Both the position numbers and the translations under genes were made by a program. A stretch of DNA of 64,000 nucleotides from a virus: IMG/VR virus record IMGVR_UViG_3300044844_001004; one strand, given 5' to 3'. How positions within the stretch are numbered: the stretch's first letter is position 1; each line of letters begins with the position of its first letter. Below the pieces are notes generated by a model. It worked only from the letters and a program-made list of their open reading frames with translations. It searched no databases and had not been told where the DNA came from. This document shows, one piece after another, positions 35,001 to 42,797 of the stretch.

Positions 35001-36828
35001 AGTGTCCGACCAAGGGTACCTCGTTGAGTCTGGAATCGTGAACCCGATGAAGGCGACGACGTTCAACCTGAAAGAAGTCAGCAAGGACATCATGGCCGCG
35101 CTGGAGGAGGCCGGGATCGACGGCAGTGAGTTGGAGCTCGACCACATGTCGACCATCTTCCGGCCGAACATGGACCCGCGCCGGTCCAACGGGGTGGTTC
35201 GCGTCATTGTCGACGGCGTGCCGAAGCTGTTCCAGATGGACAAGAACCTGATTCGCGCGCTCGACAATACGGAGGCGCAATTAGTTGACCCGTTCAAAAA
35301 GGCCGCCGCTAATGCCGCTGCTTCATTGCGCTTCGGCGCCACCGCCGGCAACCCGGAATTCATTCTCACCAACTTCTTCCGCGATCAGGGCATCGCTGGC
35401 ATCCAGAGCCGCAATGGATACCTCCCGATCATCTCCGGAATGTGGGGTGCCTTCAAAATGCTGTCGGATCCGAAGGCTTTCCAGGAGTGGCAGTTGGCTG
35501 GAGGTGCCACGGCGGCGATGATGCCGCTGACGCGCAAGAATCTCCGCCTCACCGTCGATAAAGTGACGAAGTCGAAGAAGGATCTCGTCCTCACTCATCC
35601 GGCGCAAATCTTCCCGCTCATGCGTGATGCGCTGACGTTCTTCGGAGAGAAATCGGAAGCGTCGACCAGGTTCGCTGAATACCTGCTGGCCAAGGGCAAG
35701 GGCAAGACCACCGCGGAGGCAGTGTTCGACTCCAGGGACGTATCGCTCGACTTTGAACGCATGGGCAAAATCGCAAAGACGGTCAACCAATTCGTCCCAT
35801 TCTTCTCCGTGGCGCTGAACGCCGGCGAGCGGTTCGTGGAGATGCACAACCCGCGGAACAAGAAGCAGTTCGCGCAGTCGCTCGCGAAAGGGCTCCTTGG
35901 CATCACGATCCCGACGATGATGCTGTGGTTACTGAACAAGGACGACGAGGAGTACAAGAACGTCGAGGCGTGGAAGCGCGATCTGTTCTGGCTGATCCCG
36001 ACGAAGTATTTCGACCCGTATTTATCGAAGGCCATTGGGGTTACTGCACGAGAAGCAGCCGGCCCGTTCATCCGGATCCCGAAGCCGCCGATGTGGGGGC
36101 AACTCTACGGATCGTTCTTCGAGCGCCTGGCTGATAGCCTGTACTCCAAAAACAAGCACGCCTTCGACGACTTCAAAAAGACGGCATTCCAGACGATCAT
36201 GCCGCCGGCCGCCATCCAAGCGATAAAGCCATTCGAGGAGGTGTTCAGTAACTACAACGCCTTCACCGATCGGCCCATTGAGACGGCTCAAATGCAAAAG
36301 CTGTCGGCGGAAAACCGGTATACGCCGACCACCTCGGAACTGTCGAAGGGTATTTCGAAAGTTATCGGCGGATCGCTCTCGCCGGTCCAGGTCGAGCACT
36401 TGCTCCTCGGCTACACCGCCGGGCTCGGCCGAGTTGCAATCACCGGCGGCGAGGAATTGGCCGGGCTCCGCAAGGACAGGCCAGCAATGGAGGCATCAGA
36501 GCGGCCGTTCGTGCGCGCGTTCGCCACCCCGTCTAGCCCATACTTGTCGACCAACTTCAAACTGTTCAAGGAGCGCTTGGAAAAGCTGAAACAGAAGCGG
36601 GAAGACTTTAAGTTCTCCAAGAATCCGAAGTACCGGATGACGTCCGCGGATGAGGCGAAACTCGCCAAGCTGGAAGACATCAACGAAAGCGTCAACGAGA
36701 TTCGATCGAAGCAGTTCAAGGTGTACGGAAACAAAGCATTATCCAGGGATGAGAAGCGGCGGCAGATCGACCTGATGAACAAGCAGCGCGACGAGATCCT
36801 GAAGCGCACAAAGCCGTTGTACGATTAA
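29035..36828 (+). CDS. giant polyvalent virion protein (2597 aa) with a ParB/Srx-like region and an HExxH zincin motif
   Basis: Single uninterrupted ORF. It starts with a tandem DYE(A/T)GLKEFGG repeat and has P/A/N-rich linkers. A ParB-like stretch (DLQPRQRDR...ESGNGRGLAIRRAY) and HEIGH plus a downstream EGFAEY are present, followed by a ~900-aa conserved-looking C-terminal body. Confidence 0.85.
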   Translation: MADQKIDYEAGLKEFGGVLAPDYETGLKEFGGTIAPSRPLASSHSEEPIPLATRGAESSPPRLAPRVQDVFGPEQSWIREQAASKPPAFNSPVKDPSPVVQDRPGPESVRPMAPTSIPPTVETTPVGRANAPVPGRIPGMERLGGAAPGVPPVSAQINETNAPSLSGDVGGGFVRGVASGAFAIPRALSRVPSGFRDDINSLRRTREDIEPNRFGLRTPEQVAEDDARLRQISNSDINRFEQAALPAAPVTGAGKFTEALGSTAPYMAAGVAGPAGPAALGILAGTEESLGRSDASGIPLSDAQRLGVGAAGAAIGSTEALPFGRLLGRLKGAGVIADAVDETQLVKQLFPGLKDYAVSAGKQAIEEGVQEGTSNILQDVTEASYGGRPVNRIGEGLGESVTTGGGVGALVDVLTTLAGSRAGRARLSQNGVDPAALMAWVQSQEVSPSMTAEFDALARENRAPNPPQAAPMAAPTPNPAESPASPPPQQAEVAAQVPPPPPGFTVDPTPDALDQLAQELKARQQGENAGNATNSLKTPENALNPPANAPDAGIAGIVANNGVSGFNPANTPANPATSPRTMENAGGAGISSNFSNNPAQPVPAPGPREEVVQPVPVDAAAPVAARINEPDWKPVAAKWYGDASGAVDYVWKIGEDRSYEMVPFGNEDQARLIRKWDGEDQDLGVVDSLEEASRVAKQDASEMFAYDNPAQESDAPIPPEAPPPPSAVEAAAPEAQPPAAPKEPPAGVAASVKRYLDTIADVNRQLAEARTVDDKFGGEGRYENEVWDRLMGEGGAITAEASKKLQVFRDLAVKNGVDAEAFIEKMGGMPESPALSDRAKKYRGESVPPALESPGERSEAEKVVDEIVGDSGGTVASVDGLIDSYFSDPRKAVLDEIKKRLTDLQYNQVAFDELTNEQQTAISFIMANKVTDDADLPTVKIRRAGQPFSTPTVPIEDRGDAYMDRMFAIKRRIRKGEVPSNKDMAILSDADRAYMVKFGEAEGVVIPPRAAKGKKSAAVEEPVAPPAPVEQPKDFQWNGPVPNFENFKGREPNPAPSAPPPADSKVVYGKKSGTAKLSRGYSVPFTWGVVPAESLILSNEDNGDINNRFPKDLQPRQRDRAASEMQIQGIADKLDPEQVAESYVAGDGAPFIFDDMAVESGNGRGLAIRRAYRRKMAQAEAYRNWLENNAERFGLSTADVMAIENPVLVRVRTGLPEGVSRQDFARDANEDTKAQMAEGEQAMVDAKSMSDELVSMFMPNETGEIATRANFPFILRFIEQVVPEGQRGAMQLPDKSISKKGIDRIRNAVFARAYNDRGIVERLAEDPDDNIKSVVGGLTIAAPKIIWMRSGIEAGDFHDLDISPEIAAAAARLSYLRENRIPLSDYLNQMTLEPRDPIEDALLTMFNGYGRSSANVAEVLGEYVDAVQALGNPKQESMFGESTIPTKLELLGAIVEEKRARDEAAKREKQQRKAGREADQAGGLDAEGEPGGTGAGEGSPGPRPRAKGEGESEVVGYAPGGTLGAKPPSNGSRGKKATPPPAGPRTGTAVSRSEIVKNLSSFLNNIPIRTGGFRERAAGIFKVRQNVIRTAKALDLETISHEIGHAIHKYLWGTRKGSLVALNLAPLRPFRNELGLLDYDQNKKRAYEGFAEYIRLRITKPAEAKQRAPKFHAWFNQKLGEAPELADVLKKAQDQYLSWDIQPSTVKLAKSIDTKPNHETFMKRVTDGLTDFRYNWIDDKTGLRDAVELFQKLGATVADTANAYRLARTLSGTFTRANFAITNKTVGADNAPNGAGLGEILKPIADRDVSERNPAFQKLVDDWGIRLSDDGDGDGMDDFRVYIVARRLLDYRDKGLETGFTLRELKRAVADTETPALKAAADELHEYSGRILDYAYEKGAMSEATREAIRSKNEFYVPLHRVMDNVSEEDAKAMLGRKMLDLNSPILKRKGSTREIIDPLESVIKNTYAIMSFADRNAVAQALVKQAERVSDQGYLVESGIVNPMKATTFNLKEVSKDIMAALEEAGIDGSELELDHMSTIFRPNMDPRRSNGVVRVIVDGVPKLFQMDKNLIRALDNTEAQLVDPFKKAAANAAASLRFGATAGNPEFILTNFFRDQGIAGIQSRNGYLPIISGMWGAFKMLSDPKAFQEWQLAGGATAAMMPLTRKNLRLTVDKVTKSKKDLVLTHPAQIFPLMRDALTFFGEKSEASTRFAEYLLAKGKGKTTAEAVFDSRDVSLDFERMGKIAKTVNQFVPFFSVALNAGERFVEMHNPRNKKQFAQSLAKGLLGITIPTMMLWLLNKDDEEYKNVEAWKRDLFWLIPTKYFDPYLSKAIGVTAREAAGPFIRIPKPPMWGQLYGSFFERLADSLYSKNKHAFDDFKKTAFQTIMPPAAIQAIKPFEEVFSNYNAFTDRPIETAQMQKLSAENRYTPTTSELSKGISKVIGGSLSPVQVEHLLLGYTAGLGRVAITGGEELAGLRKDRPAMEASERPFVRAFATPSSPYLSTNFKLFKERLEKLKQKREDFKFSKNPKYRMTSADEAKLAKLEDINESVNEIRSKQFKVYGNKALSRDEKRRQIDLMNKQRDEILKRTKPLYD
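32280..32650 (+). other. ParB/sulfiredoxin-like domain inside the giant ORF
   Basis: VVPAESLILSNED...FPKDLQPRQRDRAASEMQIQGIADKLDPEQV...APFIFDDMAVESGNGRGLAIRRAY matches the ParB N-terminal pattern (xxQPRxR ... GxGRxxA). Confidence 0.5.
33700..34100 (+). other. zincin-like metallopeptidase motif region inside the giant ORF
   Basis: HEIGH is encoded at 33835-33849 (ETISHEIGHAIHKYLWG). A downstream Glu candidate lies in YEGFAEYIRL at about 33973-33993. Confidence 0.45.
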
Positions 36829-36839
36829 CCAAGCGAGGA

Positions 36840-37391
36840 ATGAAAATGAAAACCCTTTTGATACTGGCGCTTCTCGCCCTACCGGCCTTCGGGCAAAACT
36901 GCCAGATCGGCTCAACTTCCGGCAATCCGCCCACGGGCTGCCAGCGGATCCTTGGCTATAGCGGGACCAACTTGATCTACATGTGCCAGGCGCGCAGCGT
37001 GCAGCCGCAGGCGTCGAAAATGACGGTGGCTAGCGCGTCGACGGCCAATCCCGTTGTCTTCACGATCTCCGGCGGCCACGGGTTTGACTTATCCTCGCTG
37101 CCCATTGTCACCCTCACCGGCGGAACCGGCAATTGGACCGCGGTGAACATCACGGCTACGGCGACGATCATCAACTCAACGACGTTTAGCATCCCGGTCA
37201 ACTCCACGTCATTCGGCTCGCTTGCTGGCACAGTGGTTGTGTCGACTAACTCTCCGCTCACTACCAGCAGCGTTTGGAGCGTGATGAAATTAGTGTACGA
37301 CGGATCCGACAACCTGATTTGGACTGGGTTTGTCGGTGGATCGCCAGGCGAACGGAATACCTGTTCAGCGGCGCCGGCGCAGGCGCAGTAA
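36840..37391 (+). CDS. signal-peptide protein carrying the fibre-associated ~68-aa module (183 aa)
   Basis: MKMKTLLILALLALPAFG|QN looks like a Sec signal. The segment 37029-37232 (...TLTGGTGNWTAVNITATATIINSTTFSIPVNSTSF...) resembles the duplicated module of the 7531 gene. Confidence 0.65.
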   Translation: MKMKTLLILALLALPAFGQNCQIGSTSGNPPTGCQRILGYSGTNLIYMCQARSVQPQASKMTVASASTANPVVFTISGGHGFDLSSLPIVTLTGGTGNWTAVNITATATIINSTTFSIPVNSTSFGSLAGTVVVSTNSPLTTSSVWSVMKLVYDGSDNLIWTGFVGGSPGERNTCSAAPAQAQ

Positions 37392-37401
37392 GGATCTACC
37401 C

Positions 37402-38358
37402 ATGAAACACCTACTCCTTCTCATCGCGCTGGCCGCATCCGCCCAGCAAATCAAGATCAATCCGATCACCGGGTTGCCTGATCTGGTTGGTTCCAACAGT
37501 GGTGCCGTCTCCAGCGTCACGGCTGGCCCGCTGGGCGCTCTAGTCTGCACGCCGACGACAGGCGCGGTGGTGTGCGATGCGGACCCTTTGTATGTCCCGA
37601 ACAAGACCGGCAGCAATACGTGGACTGGAGTGAATGACTTTACAGGGGCTACGGTAACTGGGATCGGCGGTGGCACCGCCCGCACCACCTACGCCGCGCT
37701 CCCGGCTTGCACTTTGGCTAACTCCGGCACGCTGTACAAGTTGACGGATTCCATCTACGAAGCGCAGTGCAACGGGACTTCGTACTCATATTGGACCGGG
37801 CAGAAGTACATCCCGACGCTGCCGTGGAGCAACGGCACCACATTCGGCGCTGGTGCGACAATTACTGCGACGACCGGGAGCGTGTTGTTTGATAGTGGGG
37901 CTGGTACAGGCGGGGATTCCATTCGAGCAGCGATCAAAGCTGTGCCCGCCGCCCCGTACACGATTATTCTCGATGTTGACGTTGCGATAAACGCCACTGT
38001 AAGTTCGTCGTGCGGGTTGGTTTTAACTGACGGAACCACCGCCGCATCGAACAAAGTCATTACCCTCATGCAAAGTCACATTGGCCTCAATTCGACCAAA
38101 CTAAATAACGCGACGTCGTGGAACTCCACCTACCTGAACTACGTTCAATCGACGTCCCGAGGTAAGATATCCTTTCGCATGGTTGACGACAATGTGAATC
38201 GAACGTGGTCCGTCTCGCCTGATCGGATCAACTGGAAACAAGTCATGCAGCAAGGGAGGACGGACTTTTTGACCGCGACCCATTATGGGTATGGCTGCAA
38301 TATGAACGGTGTCAGCGGGGACACTGTGATGGTGGTTGAAGGGTTGTATGCGCAGTAG
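37402..38358 (+). CDS. signal-peptide fibre-like protein (318 aa)
   Basis: Internal ATG of track ORF 37330..38358. Sequence begins MKHLLLLIALAASA|QQIKINPITGLPDLVG. Confidence 0.6.
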   Translation: MKHLLLLIALAASAQQIKINPITGLPDLVGSNSGAVSSVTAGPLGALVCTPTTGAVVCDADPLYVPNKTGSNTWTGVNDFTGATVTGIGGGTARTTYAALPACTLANSGTLYKLTDSIYEAQCNGTSYSYWTGQKYIPTLPWSNGTTFGAGATITATTGSVLFDSGAGTGGDSIRAAIKAVPAAPYTIILDVDVAINATVSSSCGLVLTDGTTAASNKVITLMQSHIGLNSTKLNNATSWNSTYLNYVQSTSRGKISFRMVDDNVNRTWSVSPDRINWKQVMQQGRTDFLTATHYGYGCNMNGVSGDTVMVVEGLYAQ

Positions 38359-40879
38359 CTTACTACTCCTGCTGTGTGCCCCGCTCATAGCCCAGACCTA
38401 CAGCGCTGTCAGCGTGGACAAAATCACCCCCTCGGGGGCCCGCGTCTTGTGGACCACCAGCATTGCCACGCCTTCGCACATCAACTGGGGTACGGTATCC
38501 GGTTCGCTGACTAGCAGTAACGCCTCGGTCAACGGATTCAACACCACCGCGCATCAATGGTATGTCTCAGGCGCTCCACCGGCCACAGTCATCTACTACA
38601 AAGTGTGCGCTTCAGCCGGATCATGCGATGCGACTGAGAGAAGTTTCACGACTTCCGCCCTGCCATCTCCGTACCCAGCTATCCCGATTGCACCAGCGGC
38701 GTTTGCCCTTCCGGCGATGCCGACGATTGACGGGACGACTCTAACGGTCGATTCGACGTGCAGTAATTTCAAGGCGCACATCGACACTCTCAAGGCGCTC
38801 GATGGGAACCTGAATCACAAACTAGTGATCCCGGCTGGCGTTGTATGCGCGCCGCACAGTGGGGCCACTACGGGAAACGCAAACTCCTCTCAAGTCGCCT
38901 TTCCCACGAAGACCGGTGCAAACCCAAGTGGAACCGGAGTAATCATCATCACGACGGACGCAACCTTGCCACCTGAAGGGGCGCGGATCACGTCGGCTTG
39001 GTCCACCTCCTACATGGTTAACACCGTAGTTGGGATTCTGGAACTATCTACGGCACCGTCAAGCGGCGGTTTATGCGTGTCTGGTCAGATGTACTGGGAT
39101 TACCTAATTGCCGTTGGTGGGACATGGGCGTTAAAGGAATGCACTACGCCAGCGGCTGGCGCTGGTGGCTACACCCTCGTCGCAAAAACTACATTCACTG
39201 GCACTCCGCCGACGCCATGCACCGCCAATACGTGGTACCAGAAGACAGACGCCTCTGACGTGGCCCTAGGGCTGTACCGCTGCGACGACCTGGGCCGGAT
39301 GTTGCAAGTCCAGATCGGTCTGCAATCGGCGTTTGAGTTCTCCATAGGCACGACGGCTAAAGGGTATCGCTTTGTAGGCATCACCTTCGACGCTCTTCGC
39401 TGGCCTACTGCCAGCCCTCCCAGTTGGCTCACCTCCAATTCGTTCGTCTATGGCTCGTATTTTTCATCGCTGTTTGATTTCTCCACGGCCACAAACGTAG
39501 CCATCGATCGATGCCGCTTCATCGGTGGCTCGTACCCAAACCGCTATCAGAACTTCATCAAGCTGGCTGGAACCTACAACTACATTGCCAACTCTTCCAT
39601 CGAAGGTATCTCCCTTGCGCTGACGCCAGCCGGTGGCGCGGAACCATCGAACCAAACTGAGTTCACTGGCATCAATATCAGCGGCGGTCAATACATCCTG
39701 TTCGACAATAACTGGATGGAGGGTCCAGGAATACTACTGCATGGCACCGACGATACCGCATCCCAATACGCCCAAGACGTCCGGGTAACGCGGAACTACT
39801 TCTCCATCCCCGACACTTACTGGTACAACTCTGCGACCAGCAACGGGCACTTCTATCACAACCGGCACGGCGTCGAATTGAAGCGCGGCGTCCGCTGGTT
39901 GATCGAGGGGAACACCTTCGCTGGCGGGTTTTCAACGGTCAATCAGGCCCACGCCGTCGATGTCAGTTTCCGGCCAGGCAGCTATGGCGCCACGGTGCTG
40001 CTGACCGACATCGACATCACGAACAACACCATCACGGACCACAGCAACGCGGTCTACCTGTCCGGGCACAACGACAACGACTCCGAACAGGGACAAGCCG
40101 TCCAGCGGGTCCGAGTGGCGAACAACCTGATGTACGGCATCGACGGGGACCGCTTTGCTGCCGGCTACGGACAACGTTTTGGCAACTGCGTCCAGACCGC
40201 CCTCGGCGGCGAAGACGTCATCGTCGAAAACAACATCTGCCTCCAAACCGGGAACGGCCAATACCCAGCGGTTCTGCTCACCGACACCGCCGGAGGTCTT
40301 TACGGCTCCTTGAAGTACGTCCGGAACTTCGCCACCCACGTCGTCCCTCAGAACCTGACCACGGGGATTAGCCGGGCTAACAACGCCAACCGGGGCACTG
40401 CAACCCTCACTGCCGCCTTCCAGCAGTACACGGCGACGCAAAACGGCTTCATTAACCTCAGCAGCCAAACGACGACGGACTACCCCGCCGGGAACTCCTG
40501 GCCCGCGACTCTTGCTGACGTCGGTTTTGCCAACACCGCGGTGAACGACTATCGCCTGAAGTTCTCCAGCACCTACGCGCCAACCGGGGCCGGGGCCGAC
40601 ATCGACTCGATCCGCGCCACCTACGGCGAGGTGTACAACCTTCGCGCCCTGTCCATCACTTCAACGGGGGCGACGGTCTACTACACCGCGCCGGATGCTA
40701 CGACGGCTTGCACGGTCGAGGTAGGCACATCGGCTACCCCTGGCACCGGCACCCGCGTGACGGACTCCACGGGTAGCCGGTTTAGATCAAAGGCGCTCAC
40801 TGGGCTGGCGTCGGGGACTGGGTATTATTACAGGATCTATTGTTCGCAGATGGCGTCGGGGACGTTTACGACGAACTAA
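38348..40879 (+). CDS. signal-peptide FN3 / right-handed beta-helix / FN3 protein (polysaccharide depolymerase or tailspike-like, 843 aa)
   Basis: Starts MRSSLLLLLCAPLIA|QT. FN3-like ends are present (ITPSGARVLWTT...YYKVC and LSITSTGATVYYTA...YYYRIYC). The central part has beta-helix repeats (NNTITDHSNAVYLSG, RVANNLMYG, VENNICLQ). Confidence 0.7.
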   Translation: MRSSLLLLLCAPLIAQTYSAVSVDKITPSGARVLWTTSIATPSHINWGTVSGSLTSSNASVNGFNTTAHQWYVSGAPPATVIYYKVCASAGSCDATERSFTTSALPSPYPAIPIAPAAFALPAMPTIDGTTLTVDSTCSNFKAHIDTLKALDGNLNHKLVIPAGVVCAPHSGATTGNANSSQVAFPTKTGANPSGTGVIIITTDATLPPEGARITSAWSTSYMVNTVVGILELSTAPSSGGLCVSGQMYWDYLIAVGGTWALKECTTPAAGAGGYTLVAKTTFTGTPPTPCTANTWYQKTDASDVALGLYRCDDLGRMLQVQIGLQSAFEFSIGTTAKGYRFVGITFDALRWPTASPPSWLTSNSFVYGSYFSSLFDFSTATNVAIDRCRFIGGSYPNRYQNFIKLAGTYNYIANSSIEGISLALTPAGGAEPSNQTEFTGINISGGQYILFDNNWMEGPGILLHGTDDTASQYAQDVRVTRNYFSIPDTYWYNSATSNGHFYHNRHGVELKRGVRWLIEGNTFAGGFSTVNQAHAVDVSFRPGSYGATVLLTDIDITNNTITDHSNAVYLSGHNDNDSEQGQAVQRVRVANNLMYGIDGDRFAAGYGQRFGNCVQTALGGEDVIVENNICLQTGNGQYPAVLLTDTAGGLYGSLKYVRNFATHVVPQNLTTGISRANNANRGTATLTAAFQQYTATQNGFINLSSQTTTDYPAGNSWPATLADVGFANTAVNDYRLKFSSTYAPTGAGADIDSIRATYGEVYNLRALSITSTGATVYYTAPDATTACTVEVGTSATPGTGTRVTDSTGSRFRSKALTGLASGTGYYYRIYCSQMASGTFTTN

Positions 40880-41094
40880 TCTGCGACATGTAGCACCTCC
40901 GCATCCTCGACAGCCTTCTTGAACCGCTCGCCGTAGCACGAAATGCCTTTAAGCGTCACTTGGTCGTAGCAGACGCGCGGCCTGCCTTCGACGCATACGC
41001 CAACTGATGTTATCGTGCGGGTCTTGTTCCGTAGGCGCAGAACATCCCCCGGCCTCGGATCTTTTCGCGGGTCTCTAATTCTGTTTTCCATCAT
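40876..41094 (-). CDS. hypothetical small protein, paralog of 45651..45872
   Basis: 72 aa from the ATG that makes an ATGA overlap with the upstream gene. N-terminus RDPRKDPRPGD and C-terminus AEVLHVAD are shared with the paralog. Confidence 0.65.
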   Translation of the reverse strand: MMENRIRDPRKDPRPGDVLRLRNKTRTITSVGVCVEGRPRVCYDQVTLKGISCYGERFKKAVEDAEVLHVAD

Positions 41095-41519
41095 CCTCTC
41101 CCCTCCCACAAACTCTCACGCTCCCAGCGCGACTGCACCGTAACAGCCTCTCGTTGCGCCCGTGCCCGCTCCAGCAACTCAGCCACCCTCGCCCGCTCGG
41201 CCTCGGTGTCAAGCACGGGCAGCACTTCGACCTCGCGCTTCTCGGCCTTCGTCATGCGCTTCATCTTGTACTCGTCGGGGGGCTTCTGGTACACGCGGGG
41301 CTGGCGGTGCTCCTCTCCGGATGTGCCCCAGATGCAGGTGTAGCAGCGCTTCGCCTGCGCACCCATCGGGCGACCGCAACGGCACGTCTTCGAGGCGGCG
41401 GCTCGACGCGCGGCCTGTTGTTCCTTGTGCGACTGGTTGAAGCACTCCTTACATCGTGCGCCCTTGTACGGGGGCTTGCCGCAGTGCTTGCAGGCGGTGG
41501 CTTTTGGTTTGGTTATCAT
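41091..41519 (-). CDS. hypothetical multi-CxxC zinc-ribbon protein (142 aa)
   Basis: Track ORF with an ATGA overlap. It contains CKHCG...CKEC and CRCG...CYTC. Confidence 0.6.
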   Translation of the reverse strand: MITKPKATACKHCGKPPYKGARCKECFNQSHKEQQAARRAAASKTCRCGRPMGAQAKRCYTCIWGTSGEEHRQPRVYQKPPDEYKMKRMTKAEKREVEVLPVLDTEAERARVAELLERARAQREAVTVQSRWERESLWEGRG

Positions 41520-41731
41520 ATCTTCGTCCTCGGAATACCATATATATCGCAGGTCAACCGCTCAAACTCTTCATTCCACGGCAGCACGGCATTGTAGCGA
41601 TCACTCATAGCGAAATACGTATTGCATGAAGTGCATCTAAGTTTTCGTGTCTGCGAGTCGTAAGTCTCGATGATCTCTGGGTCGTGGAGCCATATCGGCC
41701 ACGGCAGTCGGCAAAGTATCCATTGAATCAT
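41516..41731 (-). CDS. hypothetical protein (71 aa)
   Basis: Track ORF with ATGA coupling on both sides. Confidence 0.55.
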   Translation of the reverse strand: MIQWILCRLPWPIWLHDPEIIETYDSQTRKLRCTSCNTYFAMSDRYNAVLPWNEEFERLTCDIYGIPRTKI

Positions 41732-42081
41732 GGATTGCCTCGTGCGGCGTCGATGGCGGCGCGCATCGTCTCGAACGGCCCAGCTTTACATGCAGCAGTG
41801 AACCACGCCCAATCGCACTCGGGGTTAGCGGAAGTTGGCTCCCAGCGAGGCCAAACGTACAGGCCCTCGAATGATGTTTGACGCTCCAGCCAATCCAGCC
41901 GCGCCGAATCCTCCCGCGCCTCCGCCAGCGCGGCTCGCAGGTCCAGATACCCGTGGCACAACAGCGCAATATCAGCCACCCCTTTCGGCCACTCGTGCGG
42001 CGAGGCGTCGATGTAGGCGGCAAGTACAGCGGCCTTCGCTGTCTCAGCGTCGGTCAGTCGTCGTCCGATTTTCGGTGTCAT
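41728..42081 (-). CDS. hypothetical protein (117 aa)
   Basis: Internal ATG (MTPKIGRR) gives an ATGA overlap with the upstream stop. Confidence 0.55.
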   Translation of the reverse strand: MTPKIGRRLTDAETAKAAVLAAYIDASPHEWPKGVADIALLCHGYLDLRAALAEAREDSARLDWLERQTSFEGLYVWPRWEPTSANPECDWAWFTAACKAGPFETMRAAIDAARGNP

Positions 42082-42314
42082 CGTATCTTCCTCTCCTTCT
42101 CCCACTCGGCTTTGCAGTAGTCGAGGAATCCGATACCAACAGGCCAATAGTTATACAGCTCACCAACTCGCGACGAACCGTTGGGCAGATGGCCGTTTAT
42201 CCACGCCAGCAACTCCAGCGCCTCAGCGCCCATCCGCAGAGCGTCATGCTCCTCGCAGATCAACGCGTCACGATCGATTCCCCGCAGCACCTCCGCCGCG
42301 CGTGCGGGGGTCAT
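42078..42314 (-). CDS. hypothetical protein (78 aa)
   Basis: Track ORF, translationally coupled. Confidence 0.55.
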   Translation of the reverse strand: MTPARAAEVLRGIDRDALICEEHDALRMGAEALELLAWINGHLPNGSSRVGELYNYWPVGIGFLDYCKAEWEKERKIR

Positions 42315-42445
42315 GCGATCCCCAGATATTTGAGCGTCAAGCCTAGCAATGCGACCAGCCCAGTCAGCAAGACGACAACGCCAAATAAGGCAAGCACGAT
42401 GAGAGCCATCGACTCCCAGCCTTTGAGCAAAGACCCTTTACTCAT
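42311..42445 (-). CDS. hypothetical 44-aa membrane peptide
   Basis: Not in the track. MSKGSLLKGWESMALIVLALFGVVVLLTGLVALLGLTLKYLGIA. It overlaps both neighbours. Confidence 0.4.
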   Translation of the reverse strand: MSKGSLLKGWESMALIVLALFGVVVLLTGLVALLGLTLKYLGIA

Positions 42446-42797
42446 TCCCCACCTCCACAACCCAGCCCCACTTGCCGCCGCGCTTCTCGACGGTGATGGC
42501 GGTGATGGTCGACTGCTGCCCGCAGGTGTTGCGCTCGGCGAGAATGATGCGGTCGCCGGCGCCGCCGTAGGGGCAGGTGACGCCCCACTGGTACTTCAGC
42601 CCGCGCCCGTCCTCGTTGATCGGTCCCCACCACTCCCATTCACTCAGTTTGGTCTCGATTTCTCGGCACCATGTCGCGTTCTCATGCGGCTGCGCCGTGT
42701 CGAAGCCTTGTTTTCGCAGGTCAATCGCACGCCAGAACCGCCGCTCGCCGTTGGCGAAGGCAGCGGATTCGGCTCGGTTGAGTCGTAGGGTCTTCAT
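42438..42797 (-). CDS. hypothetical protein (119 aa)
   Basis: Track ORF with an ATGA overlap upstream. Confidence 0.55.
   Translation of the reverse strand: MKTLRLNRAESAAFANGERRFWRAIDLRKQGFDTAQPHENATWCREIETKLSEWEWWGPINEDGRGLKYQWGVTCPYGGAGDRIILAERNTCGQQSTITAITVEKRGGKWGWVVEVGNE

Noticed and set aside
29100-35280. Several long minus-strand ORFs inside the giant gene (29100..30095, 30099..30917, 30817..32127, 33343..35280).
   Set aside because: All are antisense to one uninterrupted 7.8-kb ORF that carries recognisable motifs. They are GC-rich shadow frames.
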